Of a DNA stretch of 64,000 nucleotides, positions 46,601 through 61,500 are shown in pieces. The notes beneath the pieces are model-generated. The model saw only the letters and a list, made by a program, of their open reading frames with translations, was not told the origin of the DNA and ran no database searches. Source of the DNA: Bugula neritina. Its lineage: Eukaryota; Animalia; Bryozoa. The stretch spans positions 15,262,698 through 15,326,697 of the forward strand of contig OZ037765.1 in assembly GCA_964035545.1 (NCBI GenBank). Direction: 5' to 3'. Position 1 is the first letter of the stretch. Each line of letters opens with the position of its first letter. The position numbers and the translations under genes were made by a program.

Positions 46601-49529
46601 AAATATACTGTAACACATTGAAAAAACCCGCAACATACTGAAATATACTGTAACATACTGAAACATACTGCAACATACCGAAATATACTGTAACATACTG
46701 AAATATACTGCAAGATACTGCAATATACTGAAATACACTGTAACATACTGAAATACACTGCAACATACTACAACATACTGAAATACACTGTAACCTACTG
46801 AAATATGCTGTAGCACACTGAAATATACTGCAACATACTGAAATATAATGCAAGTTACTGCAACATACTGAAATACACTGTGACATACTGAGATACACTG
46901 CAACAGCTTGAAATATACTGCAACACACTGAAAGATACGGCAACATACTGAAATATACTGCGAAACATTGAAATATACTGCAGCATACTGAAAAATGCTG
47001 TAGCATACTGAAATATACTGTAACACACTGAAATATACTGCAGCATACTGAAATACATTGTAACAGACTGAAATAGACTGCAACATACTGAAATACACTG
47101 TAACATACTGAAATATACTGCAACATACTGCAACATACTGAAATACACTGTAACATACTGAAATACACTGCAACATACTGCAACATACTGAAATACACTG
47201 GAACATATTGAAACACACTACAACACATTGAAATATACTGCAACACACTGAAACATACAGCAACATACCGAAATATACTGCGACACATTGAAATATACTG
47301 CAACATAGTTAAATATAATGCAAGATACTGCAACATTCTGAAATACACTGTGACATACTGAAATACACTGCAACATACTGCAACATACTGCAACCTACTG
47401 AAATACACTGTATAATATTGAAGTGCACTGCAACACATTGAAATATACTGCAACACACTGAAATATACGGCAACATACTGAAATATACTGCAACACATTG
47501 AAATATACTGCAACATAGTCGAATATAATGCAAGATACTGTAACATTCTGATATACACTGTGACATACTGAAATACATTGCAACATACTGCAACATACTG
47601 CAACATACTGCAACATACTGAAATACACTGTAAAATATTGAAGTGCACTGCAACACATTGAATTATACTGCAACATAGTCAAATATAATGCAAGATACTG
47701 TAACATTCTGAAATACACTGTGACATACTGAAATACACTGCAACATACTGCAACATACTGCAACATACTGCAACAAACTGCAACATACTGAAATACACTG
47801 TCACATATTGAAGTACACTGCAACACATTGAAATATACTGCAACACACTGAAACATACGGCAACATACTGAAATATACTGCAACACATTGAAACATACTG
47901 CAACATACTGAAATATGCTGTAGTATACTGAAATACACTGCAACACAGTGAAGTATACTGTAAAATACAGAAATATACTGTAACATACTGAAACATATGT
48001 CAAAATACTGAAATGTACTGCAACATGCTGAAATATATTGCAACATAACGAATAACACTGTAACATACTCAATTACACTGTAACAAACTGCAACATAATG
48101 AACTACGCTGTAACATATTGAAATACGCTCCAACACATTGAAAGAAACTGCAACATACCTAAATATACGATAATATACTGAAATATACTGTAACACATTG
48201 AAAAACATTGCAACATACTGAAACATGCTGTAGCACACTGAAATACACTGCATCATACTGAAATACACTGTAAAATACTGAAATACACTGCAACATACTG
48301 CAACATACTGAAATACACTGTAACCTAGTGAAATACACTGCAACATACTACAACATACTGAAATACACTGTAACATTATGAATTACACTGCAACACATTA
48401 AAAAATACTGCAACATACCGAAATATATGGTAAACTACTGAAATATACTGTAACACATTTAAAAAAACTGCATCATGCTGAAATATACTGTAACACACTG
48501 AAATATACTGCAAAACACTGAAATACATTGTAACATACTGAAATACACTGTAACATACTGAAATATACCGCAACACACTGCAACATGCTGAAATACGCTG
48601 TAACATACTGAAATACACTGCAATATACTACAACACATTGAAATATACTGCAACATACTGAAATATACTGTAACACATTGAAAAACATTGTAACATACTG
48701 CAACATACTGAATTACACTGTAACATACTGAAATACACTGCAACATACTGCAACATACTGAAATACATTGGAACATATTGAAATACACTGCAACAAATTG
48801 AAATAAACTGCAACACACTGAAACATACGCCAACATACTGAAATATACTGTAACACATTGAAAAACATTGCAACATACTGCAACATACCGTATTACGCTC
48901 CAACACATTGAAAGATAATGCAAAATACTGAAGCATACGGCAACATACTGAACTATACTGCAAGACATTGAAAGATACTGCAACATACTGAAATATGCTG
49001 TAGAATACTGAAATACACTGCAACACACTGAAGTATACTCTAAAATAAAGAACTGTACTGTAAAATACTGAAACATACGAAAACCTACTGAAATATACTG
49101 CAACATACTGTAATATACTTCAACATACTGAAACATACCTAAAAATATTGAAATATACTGCAAGATACTGCAACATACTGAAATACACTGTGACATACTG
49201 AAATACACTGCAACATACTGCAACATACTGACATACACTGGAACATATTGAAATACACTGCAACAAATTGAAATAAACTGCAACACACTGAAACATACGC
49301 CAACATACTGAAATATACTGCAACACATTGGAATAATCTGCAACATACCTAAATATACGGTAATATACTGAAATATACTGTTCACATTCAAAAACACTGC
49401 AACATACTGAAATATGCTGTAGCACACTGAAATACACTGCAACTCACTGAAATATAGTGTAATATATAGAAATGTACTGTAACATACTGAAATATACTGT
49501 AACATACTGGAATACACTGTAGCATATTG

Positions 49530-52500
49530 AAATACACTGCAACACCTTGAAATATGTTGCAACACACTGAAAGATACGGCAACATACTGAAATATACTGC
49601 GACACATTGAAATGTACTGCAGCATACTGAAATATGCTGTAGCATACTGAAATACACTGCAACACACTGAAGTATACTGTAATATACAGAAATGTACTCA
49701 AACATACTGAAACATTGGTCAACATACTGAAATGTACTGCAAAATGCTGAAATACACTGCAACACACTGAAAGATACGGCAACATACTGAAGTATACTGC
49801 GACACATTGAAATATACTGCAGCATACTGACTTACACTGTAGCATACTGAAATGTACTGTAGCACACTGAAATATACTGCAACATACTGAAATACATTGT
49901 AACATACTGAAATAGAGTGCAACATACTGAAATACACTGTAACATGCTGAAATATACTGCAACATACTGCAACATACTGAAATACACTGTAACATACTGA
50001 ATTACACTGCAACATACTGCAACATACTGAAATACACTGGAACATATTGAAACACACTACAACACATTGAAATATACTGCAACACACCGAAACATACAGC
50101 AACATACCGAAATATACTGCGACACATTGAAATATACTGCAACATAGTCAAATACAATGCAAGATACCGTAACATTCTGAAATACACTGTGACATACTGA
50201 AATACACTGCAACATACTGCAACATACTGCAACATACTGAAATACACTGTCACATATTGAAGTACACTGCAACACATTGAAATATACTGCAACACACTGA
50301 AACATACGGCAACATACTGAAATATACTGCAACACATTGAAATATACTGCAACATACTGAAATATGCTGTAGTATACTGAAATACACTGCAACACAGTAA
50401 GTATACTGTAAAATACAGAAATATACTGTAACATACTGAAACATATGTCAAAATACTGAAATGTACTGCAACATGCTGAAATATATTGCAACATACTGAA
50501 TAACACTGTGACCTACTCAATTACACTGTAACAAACTGCAACATACTGAACTACGCTGTAACATATTGAAATACGCTCCAACACATTGAAAGAAACTGCA
50601 ACATACCTAAATATACTATAATATACTGAAATATACTGTAACACATTGAAAAACATTGCAACATACTGAAACATGCTGTAGCACACTGAAATACACTGCA
50701 ACATACTGAAATACACTGTAAAATACTGAAACACACTGCAACATACTGCAACATACTGAAATACACTGTAACCTAGTGAAATACACTGCAACATACTACA
50801 ACATACTGAAATACACTGTAACATTATGAATTACACTGCAACACATTAAAAAATACTGCAACATACCGAAATATATGGTCAACTACTGAAATGTACTGTA
50901 ACACATTTAAAAAAACTGCATCATACTGAAATATACTGTAACACACTGAAATATACTGCAAAACACTGAAATACATTGTAACATACTGAAATATACTGCA
51001 ACACACTGCAACATGCTGAAATACGCTGTAACGTACTGAAATACACTGCAACATACTGCAACATAATGAAATATACTATAACACACTGGAATTAACTGCA
51101 AAATACTGAAATATACTGTAACATACTGAAACATACTGCAACATACCGAAATAACTGTAACATACTGAAACATACTGCAAGATACTGCAATGTACTGAAA
51201 TACATGCACTGTAACATACTGAAATACACTGCAACATACTGCAACATACTGACATACACTGGAACATACTGAAATACACTGCAACATACTGAAATATAAT
51301 GCAAGTTACTACAACATACTGAAATACACTGTGACATACTAAGATACACTGCAACATACTGCAACATACTGCAACATACTGAAATGCACTGTAACATATT
51401 GAAATACACTGCAACACCTTGAAATATGTTGCAACACACTGAAAGATACGGCAACATACTGAAATATACTGCGACACATTGAAATATACTGCAGCATACT
51501 GAAATATGCTGTAGCATACTGAAATACACTGCAACACACTGAAGTATACTGTAATATACAGAAATGTACTCAAACATACTGAAACATTGGTCAACATACT
51601 GAAATGTACTGCAACATGCTGAAATACACTGCAACATACTGAAATACACTGTAATATACTGAATTACACTGCAACATACTGCAACATACTGAAATACGCT
51701 GTAACATATTGAATTACGCTGCAATACATTTAAATTTACTGCAACACACTGAAACATACTGCAACATACTGAAATATACTGCAACATATCGAAGTATATT
51801 GTAATATACAGATCCGTATTGTAGCATACTGAAACATACTGAAAGCTACAGAAATATACTTCAACATACTGAATTATACTGCAACATACTGCAACATACT
51901 GAAATACATTGGAACATATTGAAATACACTGCAACAAATTGAAATAAACTGCAACACACTGAAACATACGCCAACATACTGAACTATACTGTAACACATT
52001 GAAAAACATTGCAACATACTGCAACATACCGAATTACGCTCCAACACATTGAAAGATAATGCAAAATACTGAAGCATACGGCAACATACTGAACTATACT
52101 GCAAGACATTGAAAGATACTGCAACATACTGAAATATGCTGTAGAATACTGAAATACACTGCAACACACTGAAGTATACTCTAAAATAAAGAACTGTACT
52201 GTAAAATACTGAAACATACGACAACCTACTGAAATATACTGCAACTTACTGAAATATACTTCAACATACTGAAACATACCTAAAAATATTGAAATATACT
52301 GCAAGATACTGCAACATACTGAAATACACTGTGACATACTGAAATACACTGCAACATACTGCAACATACTGACATACACTGGAACATATTGAAATACACT
52401 GCAACAAATTGAAATAAACTGCAACACACTGAAACATACGCCAACATACTGAAATATACTGCAACACATTAGAATAATCTGCAACATACCTAAATATACG

Positions 52501-55500
52501 GTAATATACTGAAATATACTGTTCACATTCAAAAACACTGCAACATACTGAAATATGCTGTAGCACACTGAAATACACTGCAACTCACTGAAATATAGTG
52601 TAATATATAGAAATGTACTGTAACATACTGAAATATACTGTAACATACTGGAATACACTGTAGCATACTGAAATATACTGCGACACATTGAAATATACTG
52701 CAACATACTGAAATATGCTGTAGTATACTGAAATACACTGCAACACAGTGAAGTATACTGTAAAATACAGAAATATACTGTAACATACTGAAACATATGT
52801 CAAAATACTGAAATGTACTGCAACATGCTGAAATATATTGCAACATACTGAATAACACTGTAACCTACTCAATTACACTGTAACAAACTGCAACATACTG
52901 AACTACGCTGTAACATATTGAAATACGCTCCAACACATTGAAAGAAACTGCAACATACCTAAATATACTACAATATACTGAAATATACTGTAACACATTG
53001 AAAAACATTGCAACATACTGAAACATGCTGTAGCACACTGAAATACACTGCAACATACTGAAATACACTGTAAAATACTGAAACACACTGCAACATACTG
53101 CAACATACTGAAATACACTGTAACCTAGTGAAATACACTGCAACATACTACAACATACTGAAATACACTGTAACATTATGAATTACACTGCAACACATTA
53201 AAAAATACTGCAACATACCGAAATATATGGTCAACTACTGAAATGTACTGTAACACATTTAAAAAAACTGCATCATACTGAAATATACTGTAACACACTG
53301 AAATATACTGCAAAACACTGAAATACATTGTAACATACTGAAATATACTGCAACACACTGCAACATGCTGAAATACGCTGTAACGTACTGAAATACACTG
53401 CAACATACTGCAACATAATGAAATATACTATAACACACTGGAATTAACTGCAAAATACTGAAATATACTGTAACATACTGAAACATACTGCAACATACCG
53501 AAATAACTGTAACATACTGAAACATACTGCAAGATACTGCAATGTACTGAAATACATGCACTGTAACATACTGAAATACACTGCAACATACTGCAACATA
53601 CTGACATACACTGGAACATACTGAAATACACTGCAACATACTGAAATATAATGCAAGTTACTACAACATACTGAAATACACTGTGACATACTAAGATACA
53701 CTGCAACATACTGCAACATACTGAAATGCACTGTAACATATTGAAATACACTGCAACACCTTGAAATATGTTGCAACACACTGAAAGATACGGCAACATA
53801 CTGAAATATACTGCGACACATTGAAATATACTGCAGCATACTGAAATATGCTGTAGCATACTGAAATACACTGCAACACACTGAAGTATACTGTAATATA
53901 CAGAAATGTACTCAAACATACTGAAACATTGGTCAACATACTGAAATGTACTGCAACATGCTGAAATACACTGCAACATACTGAAATACACTGTAATATA
54001 CTGAATTACACTGCAACATACTGCAACATACTGAAATACGCTGTAACATATTGAATTACGCTGCAATACATTTAAATTTACTGCAACGCACTGAAACATA
54101 CTGCAACATACTGAAATATACTGCAACATATCGAAGTATATTGTAATATACAGATCCGTATTGTAACATACTGAAACATACTGAAAGCTACAGAAATATA
54201 CTTCAACATACTGAATTATACTGCAACATACTGCAACATACTGAATTACACTGTAACATACTGAAATACACTGCAACATACTGCAACATACTGAAATACA
54301 TTGGAACATATTGAAATACACTGCAACAAATTGAAATAAACTGCAACACATTGAAACATACGCCAACATACTGAAATATACTGTAACACATTGAAAAACA
54401 TTGCAACATACTGCAACATACCGAATTACGCTCCAACACATTGAAAGATAATGCAAAATACTGAAGCATACGGCAACATACTGAACTATACTGCAAGACA
54501 TTGAAAGATACTGCAACATACTGAAATATGCTGTAGAATACTGAAATACACTGCAACACACTGAAGTATACTCTAAAATAAAGAACTGTACTGTAAAATA
54601 CTGAAACATACGACAACCTACTGAAATATACTGCAACATACTGAAATATACTTCAACATACTGAAACATACCTAAAAATATTGAAATATACTGCAAGATA
54701 CTGCAACATACTGAAATACACTGTGACATACTGAAATACACTGCAACATACTGCAACATACTGACATACACTGGAACATATTGAAATACACTGCAACAAA
54801 TTGAAATAAACTGCAACACACTGAAACATACGCCAACATACTGAAATATACTGCAACACATTGGAATAATCTGCAACATACCTAAATATACGGTAATATA
54901 CTGAAATATACTGTTCACATTCAAAAACACTGCAACATACTGAAATATGCTGTAGCACACTGAAATACACTGCAACTCACTGAAATATAGTGTAATATAT
55001 AGAAATGTACTGTAACATACTGAAATATACTGTAACATACTGGAATACACTGTAGCATATTGAAATACACTGCAACACCTTGAAATATGTTGCAACACAC
55101 TGAAAGATACGGCAACATACTGAAATATACTGCGACACATTGAAATGTACTGCAGCATACTGAAATATGCTGTAGCATACTGAAATACACTGCAACACAC
55201 TGAAGTATACTGTAATATACAGAAATGTACTCAAACATACTGAAACATTGGTCAACATACTGAAATGTACTGCAAAATGCTGAAATACACTGCAACACAC
55301 TGAAAGGTACGGCAACATACTGAAGTATACTGCGACAGAATGAAATATACTGCAGCATACTGACTTACTCTGTAGCATACTGAAATGTACTGTAGCACAC
55401 TGAAATATACTGCAACATACTGAAATACATTGTAACATACTGAAATAGAGTGCAACATACTGAAATACACTGTAACATGCTGAAATATACTGCAACATAC

Positions 55501-58500
55501 TGCAACATACTGAAATACACTGTAACATACTGAAATACACTGCAACATACTGCAACATACTGAAATACACTGGAACATATTGAAACACACTACAACACAT
55601 TGAAATATACTGCAACACACCGAAACATACAGCAACATACCGAAATATACTGCGACACATTGAAATATACTGCAACATAGTCAAATACAATGCAAGATAC
55701 CGTAACATTCTGAAATACACTGTGACATACTGAAATACACTGCAACATACTGCAACATACTGCAACATACTGAATTACACTGTAACATACTGAAATACAC
55801 TGCAACATACTGCAACATACTGAAATACATTGGAACATATTGAAATACACTGCAACAAATTGAAATAAACTGCAACACACTGAAACATACGCCAACATAC
55901 TGAAATATACTGTAACACATTGAAAAACATTGCAACATACTGCAACATACCGAATTACGCTCCAACACATTGAAAGATAATGCAAAATACTGAAGCATAC
56001 GGCAACATACTGAACTATACTGCAAGACATTGAAAGATACTGCAACATACTGAAATATGCTGTAGAATACTGAAATACACTGCAACACACTGAAGTATAC
56101 TCTAAAATAAAGAACTGTACTGTAAAATACTGAAACATACGACAACCTACTGAAATATACTGCAACATACTGAAATATACTTCAACATACTGAAACATAC
56201 CTAAAAATATTGAAATATACTGCAACATACTGCAACATACTGAAATACACTGTAACATACTGAAATACACTGCAACATACTGCAACATACTGAAATACAC
56301 TGGAACATATTGAAACACACTACAACACATTGAAATATACTGCAACACACCGAAACATACAGCAACATACCGAAATATACTGCGACACATTGAAATATAC
56401 TGCAACATAGTCAAATACAATGCAAGATACCGTAACATTCTGAAATACACTGTGACATACTGAAATACACTGCAACATACTGCAACATACTGCAACATAC
56501 TGAAATACACTGTCACATATTGAAGTACACTGCAACACATTGAAATATACTGCAACACACTGAAACATACGGCAACATACTGAAATATACTGCAACACAT
56601 TGAAATATACTGCAACATACTGAAATATGCTGTAGTATACTGAAATACACTGCAACACAGTGAAGTATACTGTAAAATACAGAAATATACTGTAACATAC
56701 TGAAACATTTGTCAAAATACTGAAATGTACTGCAACATGCTGAAACATATTGCAACATACTGAATAACACTGTAACCTACTCAATTACACTGTAACAAAC
56801 TGCAACATACTGAACTACGCTGTAACATATTGAAATACGCTCCAACACATTGAAAGAAACTGCAACATACCTAAATATACTATAATATACTGAAATATAC
56901 TGTAACACATTGAAAAACATTGCAACATACTGAAACATGCTGTAGCACACTGAAATACACTGCAACATACTGAAATACACTGTAAAAGACTGAAACACAC
57001 TGCAACATACTGCAACATACTGAAATACACTGTAACCTAGTGAAATACACTGCAACATACTACAACATACTGAAATACACTGTAACATTATGAATTACAC
57101 TGCAACACATTAAAAAATACTGCAACATACCGAAATATGTGGTCAACTACTGAAATGTACTGTAACACATTTAAAAAAACTGCATCATACTGAAATATAC
57201 TGTAACACACTGAAATATACTGCAAAACACTGAAATACATTGTAACATACTGAAATATACTGCAACACACTGCAACATGCTGAAATACACTGTGACATAC
57301 TGAAATACACTGCAACATACTGCAACATAATGAAATATACTATAACACACTGGAATTAACTGCAAAATACTGAAGTATACTGTAACATACTGAAACATAC
57401 TGCAACATACCGAAATAACTGTAACATACTGAAACATACTGCAAGATACTGCAATGTACTGAAATACATGCACTGTAACATACTGAAATACACTGCAACA
57501 TACTGCAACATACTGACATACACTGGAACATACTGAAATACACTGCAACATACTGAAATATAATGCAAGTTACTACAACATACTGAAATACACTGTGACA
57601 TACTAAGATACACTGCAACATACTGCAACATACTGCAACATACTGAAATGCACTGTAACATATTGAAATACACTGCAACACCTTGAAATATGTTGCAACA
57701 CACTGAAAGATACGGCAACATACTGAAATATACTGCGACACATTGAAATATACTGCAGCATACTGAAATATGCTGTAGCATACTGAAATACACTGCAACA
57801 CACTGAAGTATACTGTAATATACAGAAATGTACTCAAACATACTGAAACATTGGTCAACATACTGAAATGTACTGCAAAATGCTGAAATACACTGCAACA
57901 CACTGAAAGATACGGCAACATACTGAAGTATACTGCGACACATTGAAATATACTGCAGCATACTGACTTACACTGTAGCATACTGAAATGTACTGTAGCA
58001 CACTGAAATATACTGCAACATACTGAAATACATTGTAACATACTGAAATAGAGTGCAACATACTGAAATACACTGTAACATGCTGAAATATACTGCAACA
58101 TACTGCAACATACTGAAATACACTGTAACATACTGAATTACACTGCAACATACTGCAACATACTGAAATACACTGGAACATATTGAAACACACTACAACA
58201 CATTGAAATATACTGCAACACACCGAAACATACAGCAACATACCGAAATATACTGCGACACATTGAAATATACTGCAACATAGTCAAATACAATGCAAGA
58301 TACCGTAACATTCTGAAATACACTGTGACATACTGAAATACACTGCAACATACTGCAACATACTGCAACATACTGAAATACACTGTCACATATTGAAGTA
58401 CACTGCAACACATTGAAATATACTGCAACACACTGAAACATACGGCAACATACTGAAATATACTGCAACACATTGAAATATACTGCAACATACTGAAATA

Positions 58501-61500
58501 TGCTGTAGTATACTGAAATACACTGCAACACAGTAAGTATACTGTAAAATACAGAAATATACTGTAACATACTGAAACATATGTCAAAATACTGAAATGT
58601 ACTGCAACATGCTGAAATATATTGCAACATACTGAATAACACTGTGACCTACTCAATTACACTGTAACAAACTGCAACATACTGAACTACGCTGTAACAT
58701 ATTGAAATACGCTCCAACACATTGAAAGAAACTGCAACATACCTAAATATACTATAATATACTGAAATATACTGTAACACATTGAAAAACATTGCAACAT
58801 ACTGAAACATGCTGTAGCACACTGAAATACACTGCAACATACTGAAATACACTGTAAAATACTGAAACACACTGCAACATACTGCAACATACTGAAATAC
58901 ACTGTAACCTAGTGAAATACACTGCAACATACTACAACATACTGAAATACACTGTAACATTATGAATTACACTGCAACACATTAAAAAATACTGCAACAT
59001 ACCGAAATATATGGTCAACTACTGAAATGTACTGTAACACATTTAAAAAAACTGCATCATACTGAAATATACTGTAACACACTGAAATATACTGCAAAAC
59101 ACTGAAATACATTGTAACATACTGAAATATACTGCAACACACTGCAACATGCTGAAATACGCTGTAACGTACTGAAATACACTGCAACATACTGCAACAT
59201 AATGAAATATACTATAACACACTGGAATTAACTGCAAAATACTGAAATATACTGTAACATACTGAAACATACTGCAACATACCGAAATAACTGTAACATA
59301 CTGAAACATACTGCAAGATACTGCAATGTACTGAAATACATGCACTGTAACATACTGAAATACACTGCAACATACTGCAACATACTGACATACACTGGAA
59401 CATACTGAAATACACTGCAACATACTGAAATATAATGCAAGTTACTACGACATACTGAAATACACTGTGACATACTAAGATACACTGCAACATACTGCAA
59501 CATACTGCAACATACTGAAATGCACTGTAACATATTGAAATACACTGCAACACCTTGAAATATGTTGCAACACACTGAAAGATACGGCAACATACTGAAA
59601 TATACTGCGACACATTGAAATATACTGCAGCATACTGAAATATGCTGTAGCATACTGAAATACACTGCAACACACTGAAGTATACTGTAATATACAGAAA
59701 TGTACTCAAACATACTGAAACATTGGTCAACATACTGAAATGTACTGCAACATGCTGAAATACACTGCAACATACTGAAATACACTGTAATATACTGAAT
59801 TACACTGCAACATACTGCAACATACTGAAATACGCTGTAACATATTGAATTACGCTGCAATACATTTAAATTTACTGCAACACACTGAAACATACTGCAA
59901 CATACTGAAATATACTGCAACATATCGAAGTATATTGTAATATACAGATCCGTATTGTAGCATACTGAAACATACTGAAAGCTACAGAAATATACTTCAA
60001 CATACTGAATTATACTGCAACATACTGCAACATACTGAAATACATTGGAACATATTGAAATACACTGCAACAAATTGAAATAAACTGCAACACACTGAAA
60101 CATACGCCAACATACTGAACTATACTGTAACACATTGAAAAACATTGCAACATACTGCAACATACCGAATTACGCTCCAACACATTGAAAGATAATGCAA
60201 AATACTGAAGCATACGGCAACATACTGAACTATACTGCAAGACATTGAAAGATACTGCAACATACTGAAATATGCTGTAGAATACTGAAATACACTGCAA
60301 CACACTGAAGTATACTCTAAAATAAAGAACTGTACTGTAAAATACTGAAACATACGACAACCTACTGAAATATACTGCAACATACTGAAATATACTTCAA
60401 CATACTGAAACATACCTAAAAATATTGAAATATACTGCAAGATACTGCAACATACTGAAATACACTGTGACATACTGAAATACACTGCAACATACTGCAA
60501 CATACTGACATACACTGGAACATATTGAAATACACTGCAACAAATTGAAATAAACTGCAACACACTGAAACATACGCCAACATACTGAAATATACTGCAA
60601 CACATTAGAATAATCTGCAACATACCTAAATATACGGTAATATACTGAAATATACTGTTCACATTCAAAAACACTGCAACATACTGAAATATGCTGTAGC
60701 ACACTGAAATACACTGCAACTCACTGAAATATAGTGTAATATATAGAAATGTACTGTAACATACTGAAATATACTGTAACATACTGGAATACACTGTAGC
60801 ATACTGAAATATACTGCGACACATTGAAATATACTGCAACATACTGAAATATGCTGTAGTATACTGAAATACACTGCAACACAGTGAAGTATACTGTAAA
60901 ATACAGAAATATACTGTAACATACTGAAACATATGTCAAAATACTGAAATGTACTGCAACATGCTGAAATATATTGCAACATACTGAATAACACTGTAAC
61001 CTACTCAATTACACTGTAACAAACTGCAACATACTGAACTACGCTGTAACATATTGAAATACGCTCCAACACATTGAAAGAAACTGCAACATACCTAAAT
61101 ATACTACAATATACTGAAATATACTGTAACACATTGAAAAACATTGCAACATACTGAAACATGCTGTAGCACACTGAAATACACTGCAACATACTGAAAT
61201 ACACTGTAAAATACTGAAACACACTGCAACATACTGCAACAACTGAAATACACTGTAACCTAGTGAAATACACTGCAACATACTACAACATACTGAAATA
61301 CACTGTAACATTATGAATTACACTGCAACACATTAAAAAATACTGCAACATACCGAAATATATGGTCAACTACTGAAATGTACTGTAACACATTTAAAAA
61401 AACTGCATCATACTGAAATATACTGTAACACACTGAAATATACTGCAAAACACTGAAATACATTGTAACATACTGAAATATACTGCAACACACTGCAACA